From: Tubiluchus corallicola
Lineage: Eukaryota > Animalia > Priapulida
Assembly (NCBI GenBank): GCA_030141605.1
Contig: JAQGDQ010000441.1
Coordinates: 108,197 to 172,196 of the forward strand
Length of the DNA stretch: 64,000 nucleotides
Reading direction: 5' to 3'
This document shows positions 39,054 through 52,981 of this stretch, piece by piece. Made by a program: the position numbers and the translations under genes. How positions within the stretch are numbered: position 1 is the stretch's first letter; each line of letters begins with the position of its first letter. Below the pieces are notes generated by a model. It saw nothing but the letters and a program-made list of their open reading frames with translations. It had not been told where the DNA came from and did not search any database.

Positions 39054-42000
39054 GATTTTGTACAAATGATTTTTGTGATACTAAACCAAATATTCCTCGT
39101 GTTCACCCTGCTAACAATGCAGCATTGTTCATTCGAGCAACCCTGTTATCGTGTATAAATTAATGTAAAATTTGTAGCTTGTCTGAATTGATAAGTTCCG
39201 TTGACGTCACTCGAAAGCAGATTACCTTCTTCTGTGACTCAGTGTTCTGAATAATGTGAGTGTTCTTAACATGTAATATTTAATGTTGAAGTTTTATTCT
39301 TATCACATTCATAACAATAGTAACATTCAATACAAGGCGACAAACTCAGAAGCGTAGCAAGGTGGGGGCGCCAGAGTGCAATCGCATTCGGGCGCAAGGG
39401 TGAATAGGCGCAAAATTCTTCTAGAGTTCAATTACTGTTAATTATTAATTACTAATCCAACATTAACGAAACAATTAACAAAAGCTTTCGAATTAAAACA
39501 ATTGTCTAGTAAGAGATCATCGTAGCTGACCTAATTATGACATACAGCATAGAAAAAAGGTTAATGTTGTTAATTAATGGCTTGTGTAGGGTGTGATGTG
39601 GCTTAGCAGATCAATAATTTTGGAAGAAACAGTGGCGTTTCTCTAAATACCGATTGTATTATTGTGAAAACCTGTAGTGTTCTGTATCTTTCATAATCTT
39701 TGTATGTTTTAATGCTGGAGCTGAATGTTTAATGACTGTCGTGTTACGTGCTACTAATGCAGAGAAAAGAGTTACTGTGCTGCAGTACCACAGATCAAAC
39801 TCAGAGTGATTCTTAGAGAAAATTCATTTATCTTTATCTCATCATGTCAAAAAAGGAAAGTCGGCCTCATGGACGCAAAAAATGCGCTCTATTTGTGGCT
39901 TAACCCACAAAACAAATGATCTAAACATTAAAAATGTAGGACACCACAAGCAGTTGCTACACCACAGGACAACTATCAAAATTATTGCTTCATACTGTAA
40001 TATGTTTCGTACACTATCGTTATCATAAAAGAATAATTGTACTGCAGTGAACTAGAGAAGCAAAGGCTTGTATAAGCCCACTGTCATGTGAATCAGATAG
40101 CAAAAAGAATGGATGAGTGAACAAGAAAAGAACAGGGAGAAACATTAGATCACACAGGACAGGAAGAAAAAGTCATATGACTTCAGGCAACAGTAAAATT
40201 AACGGTGCTTTGGGACGGAATGCAATCAATTGTTTATCGTGACGTCCTAATCAATCAGTGGGGATCATGTGGGGGGTCAGTCGGGTGCTCGTTGGAGATG
40301 ATCACGGTTTCAAATTACAAACAAGGAACTGGCCCATATTTTCCTGTGATTTGACCAATTTTTATACGAAGGTCAACCAACACGGAGCCGTGGATGACTT
40401 TGCTATAATGCTTAGAGTAGTCACTGTGGTTCTCAAATGTGCAGCATCTTCCTCCAAGAGGAGCAATTTCAAAACCAAAAGAAACGCCAAAGATTTAGAT
40501 TTAAATTTAGATTTATTTGTTTATTTAGCCATTACAATATACAAAATATTACAATTACAGAATTGCCAATGCATTGCGACATGAGCGCAGCAGAAGGAAT
40601 TAACTTACAATGTTAGTGGAAATGGTAGGAAGAAAGATAATAGATTGTGCGATGTTTACATCACCTCTAAAGATTTATCAATGATGCCTTTCATGCAAAA
40701 TCAGTCCGGGGGTTGTGGTATGGCAACTGCAATACGTATAGCATATTAAGAAGTATTATGTTTATTGAAAATCAATTAGTATTGAATGACTCCGTCATAG
40801 CTTCTCATAGCATGGCCTAAAGATTAAACATTTGCAGTTCTAATATAAAAACTTACATAAGTATACATAGTTTTTTCATGAAAACCGTACGTGCATAGAA
40901 TTACCTCGAGATTCATTTCACTAACTACATTTTATCTACGGTGTAAAAATGTAATTTCCGCTTCATTTATCATGTTATTATATTACATTAATTAAAATTC
41001 GCTTTTATTAAGAAATTAACGAGCTGTATGAATAACCTCGTTATCTGTAGGTGGTTAATTAAGAGCATACTGTACTTCACTTAATATACTCATAGATAAA
41101 GTCATCACTTTAGTAACTTATTAGCATTTATAAAGGCAGGTTTTATAGACATACTTAATTGTGTCGGGTCATTAAGAAATGATAAACGTAAAAGCAAGCA
41201 TTTTTACTAAAACTTAATTTTTGTTAATCAAACTTTCAAAATTCTTGTTCGAATCATTTTTGCTAACCAAAATTTTGATAATGTATGTTGCCTTATGGAA
41301 CTTTTCTCATAGCATACATGTAACACGTTGAGCATCTTACCAAATCATTATGTTTAGTTCGTTTGAGTAAAACATTTCGTTTGCTGTTATAATGTAGACA
41401 GTACGGGTGAGCATTGAACGTTCGAATTCGATTCGAACGAGTTTTGTTAAATTTGGATTCGATTCAAACCTAAAATTATAGAATTCAGCATTTCAGCCTT
41501 CTACGTTTTTATCATTAAAACGTTTGAAACAGCATGCAATTGGCACAGTTTAGCTGCAGTTTCTGTGCAAATTTTTAATAAACTAATAGTGGTTTTACTG
41601 CAGAACAAAATCAAGCAATATGCATGATCTTTGTAAGATCACTTTTTGTTAGTGGTTCGAAAACTTGTTCGAAAATCTTTCAACGTCAATTCGAATTCGA
41701 TTCTGATTCGAAATACCGAAATTCCGTTCGATTCGAATTCGAAAGTCACAAAATCGATTCGGTTCGACTTCGCTTTCTGGTAGATAATGTTCACTCAAGA
41801 TATTACATAGTGATTCTTGCTAATTTAATAAATAATTTTCTTTTGTAAATTATAAAGATACACGAAAGGTGTTGCTTATTTTATAAAAAGGCATGATCAT
41901 TTTTCCAGTTTAGGCAGCAGGGAGTAATGTGGTTTCTGCGGGACAGTAACAGTTTTTTAAATGTGTTGTCATAGCAATAATTTTTGCACATTGAAATTTT

Positions 42001-43224
42001 GTTTGTAATATTTTGTATCTATTCTTTTCTGTTTGTATAAATTTCTTTGTACTTTATGTAAACGTCGACATGACTTGGTTCATTAATTTAAAATTCATTC
42101 CACATTTACGATATTGTTATAAATAAACTGTACATTGTACCATATTTATTATTTGTTGTTTATTGTTTATAGTTTTGGCAAAAACAGCAAGCGGTTGAAG
42201 TATTTGTACACTGTAAACTATTCATTTGCATTTGAAGAAAAATATGCGTGTGCTTGAATAGCAAAGTCGTTCATTAATCGGCAAATGAGTTTTCTAGTTA
42301 TTCACATATCATGAATCCCCATTTCACGAGGATCATTTTGATAACCAAGTTTATCGCTCTCTATTATTTCTAAGTTGAGATAATCCACGTTGAAGTTGAC
42401 GTGCAGGCTGCACACAGAAAAACTTAATCTTGAGAAAATTGCCGTTAAAGTCAGCCATTGTTTTTTGTCGCGTTTCTACAAAACACTTAGCATCCGTACA
42501 AATGTTGGTTGTGGCAGACATTGCAGGAACACATTAAAGTTGTGTTTAAATCCAATCGAAGACTCTTCCTGACAAAGATCTGGACTTGACAACAGAAAAA
42601 ACCCGAAGCAAAATGACAGCTTCCAGTTGCTACTATCGGAGCTTGAAAATACGAGTTTTTTTACAATTCCAGTACTAGTTTGTAGTCAGAAAAAAGGTAC
42701 AGGTTTATAAAATTAGATTTTTAGAGTTTTTTGAACATTTTTTTGATAATTTAATGCTAGAATATAAAAGTCCCATATATTTAGCATCTGTTTTTTAAAG
42801 AAAAAAATTGACATTTGACAAAAATTTTGGGTTATTCTACTTCGAAGCATCATAACGTAGTTTTAAGTATGACGACTTGCATGATTTTGGTTTGCAAGCA
42901 CCTGTATTGGTTTTAATTTCGAATGCCACTTGGAGAATATGAAAAATTAAAGGTCAGATTTAATATAAAAACAAATTTTCTTTAATTAAATGAACTAACC
43001 GTCACTTAAATTGAACGTATTTTGTTCAGTATTGCTCGTGAAACATCGGAATCTGTTGCTAAGCAAACGTGCAGCAATGGCTTCCTTGGATACCACGTTG
43101 TAGCTGTGACGCTGAATTTGGAAACAATGCTACACAGCAAAATGTGACACATCGTAAAAACTAAACTCACGCAGCCATAATGAAACCAAGGAGTTCCTGG
43201 CACCGTCTAACGAATGATTGTACG

Positions 43225-44128
43225 CAGTGTGCATGACTGATTGTGGAGCTGTGTGCATGGCTGAATGTGGAGCTGTGTGTACAGTTCATGGCTGAATGTG
43301 GAGCTGTGTGCTTGACTGAATGTGGAGCTGTGTGTGCTGTGCTTGACTGAATGTGGAGCTGTGTGTACAGTGCATGACTGATTGTTGAGCTGTGTGCTTG
43401 ACTGAATGTGGAGCTGTGTGCACTTGGCATGACTGAATGTGGAGCTGTGTGCATGACTGAATGTGGAGCTGTGTGTACAGTGCATGACTGAATGTGGAGC
43501 TGTGTGTACAGTGCATGACTGATTGTGGAGCTGTGTGTACAGTGCATGACTGAATGTGGAGCTGTGTGTACAGTGCATGACTGAATGTGGAGCTGTGTGT
43601 ACAGTGCATGACTGATTGTGGAGCTGTGTGCACTGTGCATGACTGATTGTTGAGCTGTGTGCTTGACTGAATGTGGAGCTGTGTGCACTGTGCATGACTG
43701 AATGTGGAGCTGTGTGCTTGACTGAATGTGGAGCTGTATGTACAGTGCATGACTGAATGTGGAGCTGTGTGCACTGTGCATGACTGATTGTGGAGCTGTG
43801 TGCACTGTGCATGGCTGATTGTGGAGCTGTGTGCACTGTGCATGGTTGAATGTGGAGCTGTGTGTGCTGTGCTTGACTGAATGTGGAGCTGTGTGTACAG
43901 TGCATGACTGATTGTGGAGCTGTGTGCTTGACTGAATGTGGAGCTGTATGTACAGTGCATGACTGATTGTGGAGCTGTGTGCTTCACTGAATGTGGAGCT
44001 GTGTGTACAGTGCATGACTGATTGTGGAGCTGTGTGCATGACTGAATGTGGAGCTGTGTGCACTGTGCATGACTGAATGTGGAGCTGTGTGCACTGTGCA
44101 TGGCTGATTGTGGAGCTGTGTGCACTGT
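43225..44128. repeat. Variable 24/31-bp minisatellite
   Basis: Core TGCATGACTGAATGTGGAGCTGTG with an optional 7-bp TGTACAG/TGCACTG module. Confidence 0.95.
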
Positions 44129-44414
44129 ACAGTACTAAATATTGCATTAAAAAGTGTACATAATTGACAACTTCCCATTTAGGTAACTGCTGTTCTCGTG
44201 ATGCTAAATTATGCATTTACTAATTTTCATTAATTAAGCTGTTGCTAAGAGTAAAAGGTCTTGTTTATTGATCTTAGACGATGAATTACAACCTACAATG
44301 TTGTTTATATCAACTCTTACTGCGTGTTTACCATCCAGGTGAAACTGATTTTAGTTTCAGATGGCAGGTGAACAGTTTACCGTGTTTACTGCTTATTAAA
44401 CTCCTATTACTCAG

Positions 44415-44494
44415 CGGAAGTTGCGCAATTTTCTCTAATTTCAGTTCGGTTTGATTCGCTGTGTTGTGAATGTGCAGAAGAAACTCGAGTAAGT
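44415..44494 (+). promoter_or_regulatory. Candidate core promoter and non-coding first exon of the ARM-TIR gene
   Basis: ETS-type CGGAAGT (44415) overlapping a C/EBP palindrome TTGCGCAA (44421), Inr-like TCAGTT (44441), and a donor GA|GTAAGT at 44489; acceptor tttcag at 46265. Confidence 0.45.
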
Positions 44495-44626
44495 TGGAAT
44501 TACGTTATTGTGCGATTTGTTACTTAAAGAGTCAGTTTGCAACACGTAAAAATTAGTTCTGGTTTTTGTATTGTAAGTGATTGTAATGATTAGGTGATGA
44601 TAATGATGATGTAATGATTAGATGAG

Positions 44627-44887
44627 TTGTCGTTTCTTCTCCTCTTTTCCTTCTTCGTATCCCTAATCTTACTATTTTTTTCCATTCCACCATGTCTACT
44701 AACCCTAACCATTCTTTCATTCATTCATTTCTGCCACCCTAACAAGCCAAGCTTTCAAGGTGTCATACAGCAACTCTTTTATTTGGTTAATTTGACTTCA
44801 TCAACGTTTTTTTACCTATACTGTTTCTTTTTGTTTCAATAATATTGTATGTTGATCTATTGTATATGTATTGCTGGAGTGAAATAA

Positions 44888-44977
<90 letters not shown>

Positions 44978-44993
44978 GATTGATTGATTGATT
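44627..44993 (+). mobile_element. Non-LTR 3' fragment with long (GATT)n tail
   Basis: Same family as 23540-23950. Confidence 0.75.
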
Positions 44994-45567
44994 GTAAGTG
45001 AAAAAAATGTGTAAACAGAGTCACATTGTACTTGCTGTTGTTTTTATTATTTATAAAAATTAATTGGTAATTATTGTAATTAGTAATTAGTTTGTATACC
45101 TGTTATTTTTCAAAAAAAAGCAAGATGTGATGCAATTTAATCAATTCAACAGACGTTAATACTCGTGTTTGTTACTTTCCTACGTCTAGCCCTGTAGTGG
45201 TGATGAAACTAAAGTCATTTCTATCCGTTTGTAGTCATGAGGATTACTATTGTATCATATTGATCGCAATGTGTGCACAGGTGTAGAGTCGCAACGAAAC
45301 CAGGTATTTAATCTTTAATAGACTTTCCTAGTATGTTATTTACCGAGCTCGTTTTTGTAATGAATTCTGTGGAATGTAGTTTAAATAAAAGGCTGGTTAT
45401 TTAACGAAAGTGATTGTCGATATTGCTCTCATCTAATCTTAACAAGTTGTAAAATGATTGACTGTATGCTTGTGTCACATTTGCAATATGTATCTTAATC
45501 AGCGAAATGGTTTTTGCTGTGTTTGTAATATGGGTAAGGTGAGTTTCATAGACAACCATCAGACCTC

Positions 45568-45900
45568 AATCAATCAATCAAATCAATCAGTTTATTTCAC
45601 TCCAGCAATACATATACAATACATTAACATACAATATTATTCAAACAAAAAGAAACCGTATAGGTAAAAAAACGTTGATGAAGTCAAATTAAGCAAATAA
45701 AAGAGTTGCTGTATGACACCTTGAAAGCTTGGCTTGTCAGGGTGGCAGAAATGAATGAATGAAAGAATGATTAGGGTTAGTAGACATGATGGAATGGAAA
45801 AAAATAGTAAGATTAGGGATAGGAAAAAGGAAAAGAGGAGAAGAAACGACCACAGTGTATGTTTAATTTACATAGAGGTATATCAAAATAGCATTATAAT
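45568..45900 (-). mobile_element. Non-LTR 3' fragment, inverted copy
   Basis: Reverse complement of 44627-44900; (AATC)n tail on the plus strand. Confidence 0.75.
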
Positions 45901-46306
45901 TAACACCTTGTGTTAATCTACCTTCTCAGATGCAGTTGTCGACAGAAACGATGTGTTGATCGCTGTTGTAAATGTAGCTTAGTGCGAAATGATACAAGAT
46001 TTATCAACTGGGCATATCTTTGTGTTGCTGTTGAAGCAAGTATTTGTTGTTTTTTTATTTTAAGATAGAAGTCATACAGCATACTCAAGAAATCATCTTA
46101 TACAGTAAAATTGAAAATGCTTGACGGTCATCCCAAATTTGTTTGTTCAGTAACGTAATACTTAAAATATATTCCTTATATGGAAGATATCCCAAAATGC
46201 ATGCGAAATTAATTCAAAATTATTGTAACATTTCAGTAACACGATTTCATGGTTATAACTTTCAGGTTGCTGGCTTTATGTTTCATCTGGTCTTTGCTCA
46301 TGAACG

Positions 46307-48529
46307 ATGTTAGCCAGCATGTCAGGCGAGGTGGTAAATTCCAAAACACTTCCCGACAGCATTAAGTGCAGTACAATGTCATCGTCACAGAATCTGGACA
46401 ATAACGAGAACAATGATTCCACGCTAGTCAATGGTGACGGCAAACCAGTGTCATCCAGCAAAGAAGATTTATCAAAACAACAAGAAGAAAGTGGTGGAAG
46501 CCGAGCAAAAATTAAAGGCGTTAAAGTGTCGTCGCTGTATGGAAAACCTAAAGATGGCACTGGAAGCTCTTCGGGTTTAGAGGTTCCAGGAGAATCTGCT
46601 AATGCTGATATTACCACTGTTGGTACCACTCCCCTTAAGAGCAAACCTGATGCAAGTATCACTAATACGACAGACGAATCTCGGCAAGGACAAGAAGAAC
46701 CAAGTTTGAAACTGGTAAACGGTCAAGGACAAAAAGAACACACCACAGGTAACAACGGTAATGACACTTCAGTGCAAAATGCAATTCATGAACCACCTGA
46801 TGAAGGCACAGGCTCTAAAAAGAAGGGCAAAACAAGTTCGAGAGTGAGCACGCATAAGAAACTGGAAAGCAAAACGCCTGTGGCCAAGCAAGGACAAGAA
46901 GTATCAAGTTTGAAAATGGTAAACGGTCAAGAACAAAAAGAACAAACCACAGGTAACAACGATAATGACTCCTTCGTGCAAAATACAAATCATGAACCAC
47001 CTGATGAAGGCACAGGCTCTAAAAAGAAGGGCAAGACAAGTTCGAGAGTGAGCACGCATAAGAAACTGGAAAGCAAAACGCCTGTTGCTAAGAAACAGCG
47101 AGAATCATCTGAAAATACGAAGAATAGACGTGCGAGTACTGCAGCTGACAGTGTTTCATCTGAGAAGAAAACGAAAGTATCTGTTAAAGAGCAACAAAGT
47201 GATAGTGCTGATCAAGTTAAAGCAACAAATGAACAAGTTACGGATTCGGGTGCAAAGAAACCATCAAAGGCAAAATCAAGGAACAAAAAAGTAGCAGAAA
47301 TAACAGACAAAGATGGTAGGAAGGATTCGCCAGGCACCGATTCTGACAAAGCATACTTCAGCAGTGAAGATGCTCTAACCAAAGACAGTCCACAGTTAAT
47401 TAATGCAGAAATTAAATCAAATAAATTTCAAAAACAAAACAACGAGTTTACTTTGCCACGTGTAACAAGCAGGACAAACATGAGTTCAGCTAGTGGCAGC
47501 GTGACAAGCAGACGATCAAGCAGTAGTTTAGACGTAGCGTTGCCAGATATAACGAGCTCCGTGTCAGGAGTAACGGTAAAGAATGCATTGCCAAACCAAG
47601 AAACTGCTGACGAAGTAGTGATTAATAGCACACAAGTTACAGGTGAGGATAATGAAGAGAACTGTAATGTTTCTCTTGACCAACAGGGTGAGTATCCATC
47701 CATGGATAAAGACAGCTTAAATTCTGATCTTACTTCTAAGTCAGTCCATGCTGAAAGTACCTTGAATGAAAATGACCCTGTCAGTGAGACGACATTATCG
47801 CAGGATATGATAGCATCTGAGAATCCTCCTGGTACAAAAACGAACAGCAGGCAAGATACGTCCGAAAACAGCATGACAACAGTAGGACATGTTCCGTCTG
47901 AACCTACAACAGTAGGACCTGCTGCATCTGAATGTACAGCAGTAGGACATGTTGCGTCTGAACCTACAACAGTTGGACATGCTCCGTCTAAACCTACAAC
48001 AGTAAGACATGCTCCGTCTCAACCTGTTGTTATTGGTTCAACTCCTGAACCTGCGGCAAACCGCAGCAACAAATATGCAGACCTGCCAACTGAAACTGTT
48101 GCTGCTAATTCGTCGAAGGATAAAAGCTGTGAAATTGAAGTGCCAAATAATTCTTTGCAACAAGAAGCTAGTGCCAAAGCGAAAACAAAATCTGGTCCCG
48201 ATCCTTTAGCGTATCAAGACATACCACTTGATGACGCCGTTACACAATTAAATGAAACGTTGCAGTTTTTGCGATCAACTGATACTTACAGTAACGAGCT
48301 ATGTAATCAAAAAGTAGCTTGTTTAATACCATTCACAACCCACAAGTACGCGCAAGTTCAGTTTATTCAACAACTAGCTCAATCTGACTATATACCGTGG
48401 TTTAAATCCATGTGGAAAGTGTTGCATGAAGGTGATTTATATTCTGACCAAGAGCAACTAAAGTTGTTAAAGAAGGCTAAAGGAATCTTATGGAATGCAT
48501 CAGACAAGTCTCCGCAAATTTGTCGCCAG
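46307..48529 (+). CDS. ARM-TIR first coding exon: ~620-aa disordered S/T/K/E-rich region followed by the start of the helical/ARM region
   Basis: 741 open codons; in-frame TGA at 46301; ends KGILWNASDKSPQICRQ|gtaatg. The true start could be a downstream ATG (46319 or 46376). Confidence 0.88.
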
Positions 48530-49446
48530 GTAATGTATTAGCATTATTATTATTTATGAATAATTGTGGCGTAATTACAGCATAATTTAAGCTTTACTGG
48601 TAAGCAGTTTATAAACTAAGGTATAGTGATTTAAATTGTGCAAAGTAATCCCCATACAGAGAATAATATAAGTACACTAGTGCTAAAGCTTAGATACGTA
48701 ATGGCAATAACAACTGCTATAGATTAACTCCTTCAGAACCATAAGTATTTGCTGCATTTTGCACGGGTTCATGAAAAACTGCTCTCACTAAGCAGCGATT
48801 ACGTTATATTTCATAATTTTTGTGGGTTTCTACTCCTCACACAATGAGCCTTCATGCAAAATTATAAATGAAATGCATTTGCTCATATTAGACAAATTAA
48901 AAATCGATTTTTCCCAAAAAAAATGAAAAAAGCTTTCACAAACTGCAATGGTTGCACCGTAACTATGTACAGTATCACTTGTGTGAAATCTGGTAATGCA
49001 GAAAATTTTAACTATCCAGACGCAACACTCTGATACACTTTGACCTCAAATCTACTCTATTTTTATACAGAAATTCCTGTTAGAAGAAGAAACGACCTTA
49101 ATTTGTCCTTGGATGATTGGTTGGTTTTTCCTGGAATATCAGCAGAATACTGCACAGCTGGGGGGGGGGGTAGCAAGCCGGATAGCCGAGATTCACTTGA
49201 ATAGAACAGTGCCTAATTTGTAATCATTTAGTCGTGTCTGTACTCATACAGTAGCAGAAAAGTCATAGGTGTTAGAAGACCTATTTTGAATGGTGCGGTA
49301 ACTGAAGAAATTAAAAACAAATGTTCTGTGTAAATCTTAGAAAATTGTTGGTTGCTTTAAATGATTCCACAGTTTGCTGAAATTGTGCAGCTTGAAATGC
49401 AATTTTGGTTAACTGAGTAATGTTAAATCTAAAATCAATTATTCAG

Positions 49447-49745
49447 TCTTCTTCTTCCCAGCTTTTCCCTGCGGGGTCGCCATTGTGAATGAATCCTCAT
49501 CTCAACCACACCCATTTTCTTCTCTTTGGTCTTCTTTAAAGAAGCTGCGTCCAGCCCATAGATTAGAGCGGGTCTGACCAGTGCTTTGTGGACTCTACCT
49601 TTAAGTCTCACCGACTCATTCATAGAAGGTTTTGGCGCAGTTTTTACAGGCGGATGCCCTTCCTGACCCAACCCTCCCTATTTATCCGGGCTTGGGACTG
49701 GCACTGAGTTGGGCTGGCTTGCCCCCCCCCCCCCAGTGGCTAGGT
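49447..49745 (-). mobile_element. Bipartite non-autonomous RTE retroposon, shorter deletion variant
   Basis: 17-bp TSD TAAAATCAATTATTCAG (49430-49446, 49746-49762); same 5' end and 5' junction as 15015-15519. Confidence 0.88.
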
Positions 49746-49868
49746 TAAAATCAATTATTCAGGAACAGTTTAAATTGATTTTTCAAACTAATGTTTCTTG
49801 TTCTGTAGTGGTAATGAAAATAGTGCATAATCAGATAATCATTTCATTCTGTTATCAATTTCATTTAG

Positions 49869-49983
49869 ATTGGTGAATCTGGCTTGGTTGGATACTTAAT
49901 AGGTGATCTTAGAGATGCATTCTTGGCGGTTGACAAGTTGCAAGGAGATGTTTCGCGAAGTTATTTGATCTCCGGATCTTTGG
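49869..49983 (+). CDS. ARM-TIR exon (IGESGLVGYLIGDL...SYLISGSL)
   Basis: catttag| ... G|gtacgc; phase 0-1. Confidence 0.85.
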
Positions 49984-52535
49984 GTACGCAATAAAGCGTG
50001 ACGTTTAAACCAAATAATTATAAAATTTGTGCTACCTTCTTATAAAAAAATCTTCAACAATAAAATTGTGTAGCTTTTGTTGTTTAATCTGAAAACATAA
50101 TATGTAATTTGCTGAGTTTCACAGAGATGTTTATACCAAACTGCTCTAATTAACTTTGACAATTTTTAAGCAAATTATAAAATGTAATCTGTTGTCTAAT
50201 TAATCTAATCTGTGTAATAAACAAAGGTTCAAGGCTTGAGAAATTAGTAAATCAACTTACATGGCGATCTTCTGTAAGTAGCATTATGAAGTTATAACAG
50301 TTTAATTAGTAGTTACATAAATGTTGTGAATTTCTTCCTATAATAAACAAAACTAGNNCTGTATATTTCCACTAATTCACTTGCGATTTCAATCAATAAT
50401 ATTAAAATGTAGATCCAGGCCAATGTTTCTCCCTCTAATTAATGGAAAGTTGAGCATTTTTCATAACAGTGTTAGATCTCAGGCATTACACAGCTGTAGC
50501 GAAATGCCCCGAATGAACCTGCATTAAATAAACTCTGCAGGGGTGTGAAAAATCTTGCATGCAGATTGGACAGTCAACAAAAATAATTGATGTTGTGCTT
50601 GACATCAGTTAACTGTTGCTGTTATGCCACCACTGCAGTGACAATCTGCCAATATTCCCCGCGACTTTATAAGCGTAAATATCGTAGAGCAACTAAGATC
50701 ATAAGGTTAACTTGAAAAGTAGAGCACAAGCCTAAAAATGAAATATTTAAACCAATTTACAGCTTCTGTTGTGCATACTAAGCTGAGGAATGAGATGTCA
50801 GATTTCTATGCTTGTCATATCGAGATAACCACACAGCAAGCGGCGCATCGTGTTCCAGCTGTGCCGCCAGATGTCGCATCAGTCATTTCAATATGGCATA
50901 TAGACAGAGTATAATGGATGACGTCCGAACAACGGCTTTGTGTCAGCAGTTTTCTAAGCGAAAATTGCCAAAAATAGACCATCTAATTAACTCGTTGTCA
51001 CTCCTCTTGGTGGACGTGTACTAAAATATAGCCCACATCATCGTATAGCCCTGTTCTTCCTCTTTCTGAAGAGCTGTATACCTCCTTCCCAGAGTCCCAA
51101 CAGGTGCCGCTAGAACGTTTTTTCTATAGGCTGTTTGACCAAAATTTCGAAAAAAATCGGGAGTTTAAATCTGAAAATTCAACCGACTTTGGACACGTTT
51201 TTCGGACAAAATTCTGAGTAAAATCACATTTAAACGTAACTTTCGCGACATCGGGTTAGACTCAATTCGAGAAGTGAGAGAACGCGACAAATTTTAATGA
51301 CGCTCCAGCAGACCGTGTGGCTGGTTTACTGGCAAGTGGAAGAACAATGCAGCCACATGCGCCACGTTATCTCAATATGAATGCTACATCTGTTATCTAA
51401 TAGAGTCAATCGGTTAATTGGATCAAAACACTTCCATCCCAAAGTGAGTTTATTAAGCGGCGCCTACGTGTTAAACCCTAACTGCTTCAAAACTGCTCAA
51501 GGTTCCTATTCAGTCTGTGCGAGGGGATATCTGTAATAAAATGTTCAGTTGAAAATTAAAAAACTAAAAACACCGTGGTGTGACAGTGTAAAATGTGCTA
51601 AAATTACTTCAAGTCAACTTAGAAGAGAAAAACACCAGCCTCCGTACCACTAATTCATGAGTAATTGACAATGTTTTTAAAATTAATTAATTTGTACAAT
51701 GTAAGTTGCAATTCCGCATTTGAGACGTATCTCCTTGTAAGTTTATAAACCATTTTAATTTAACATTTTACCTCTTTACAAGCTTTTATTAATGTAAATA
51801 ACGATATGCAAGTGTTTATTTCTCTACGTTGGTCAGTAAAGATCTCAGTAGAACCAGAGAGAGATTCATAATTGCAAAACAGTTTAATACTTTTAACATG
51901 AAATCAAAAGTTAGCAGCAATGTAGCAATTGTAGAATATTACTAAGGATTGTATGTCATTGCTTAAGCTATACTTAGTGTTTTTCTGTCACTATAACATA
52001 ATTAATTATGATAATGTTAAATCAAACATTCATTTATCAACCTAACTGCAAATATACATAAAATTATATGTTAATTACAACAGTTTTTGTTTAGAAACTA
52101 CTAATTTAGGAAATGAAGTTGGTTATATTAATTTATTGTCTATACCTCATTACTCACTGCTGCTGCCTCTGATCATTTAATTTTAACATATTAAAAGGAT
52201 GGCTGACTTGATGACCTTTTATACAGTTCACTATCCTCTCTCCTTTTCACTTATCACTAGCAATTAGGGCCCATTTACCCACATACAACTCAACCATTGC
52301 ACACATGCAGACAGGGAGCGGTTACTGTACATTTGTAAATTGCAGAAAAAATAAACCTAATTTAAATTCAGCAACATTTCATAAACTTTGCTATGTGTGT
52401 CATAAAAAGAAGTTTCTTTTGAAACTATTCAAGTTATTAAAATTAATTATACCAACTAGGCTATTGACATTGGATAATACTTGTAACGTTTACTTGCTGT
52501 CTGCTGTTAAATATCGTCCTCTACAATTTTTACAG

Positions 52536-52615
52536 GCATACTTCACAACTCCATTAGACACTGGGCTGACAACAGACTTTTGTTTCGTAAAGCTGGTGCT
52601 GTCAGTCTTTTGCAG
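52536..52615 (+). CDS. ARM-TIR exon (GILHNSIRHWADNRLLFRKAGAVSLLQ)
   Basis: tttacag|GC ... CAG|gtacta; ARM-like G-x-L-x-N...N...GAV pattern. Confidence 0.88.
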
Positions 52616-52846
52616 GTACTAACAGTAATAATAATATTTTCTTTTTTTAAATTATTACCGTAGATTACCATAGATCTGCAGGATGAAACCTATAAGTAGG
52701 CTTTTTTTATCATAATTGTCTCTCTTTGTTAAGTAAGTCAGTAAGAAATAGTTATTTAGGCCTCTTGACGTCTTAATCTTGTTTGTAGTGCCCTCTTGTT
52801 TGACTGTCGAAATGAACCTTACTGTAGTTTTTTCCGTGTTTTGCAG

Positions 52847-52981
52847 ATGTATTTAAAGTCGAAAAATCTGATGATAAAGAGCAAGTGCCTGTTGATCCTT
52901 GCCTACATTATTGATGAGGATGAAAACAGCATCATCAACGCATCTGATTCAAACATAGAATATATACTGAAAATATTGCAG
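52847..52981 (+). CDS. ARM-TIR exon (MYLKSKNLMIKSKCLLILAYIIDEDEN...ILKILQ)
   Basis: ttgcag| ... CAG|gtaacc; phase 0-0. Confidence 0.88.

Noticed and set aside
43167-44216. His/Ser/Thr-rich ORFs
   Set aside because: They are translations of the 24/31-bp minisatellite.
50357-50358. Two N bases
   Set aside because: An assembly ambiguity or gap marker; exon phases on either side stay consistent, though hidden sequence cannot be excluded.
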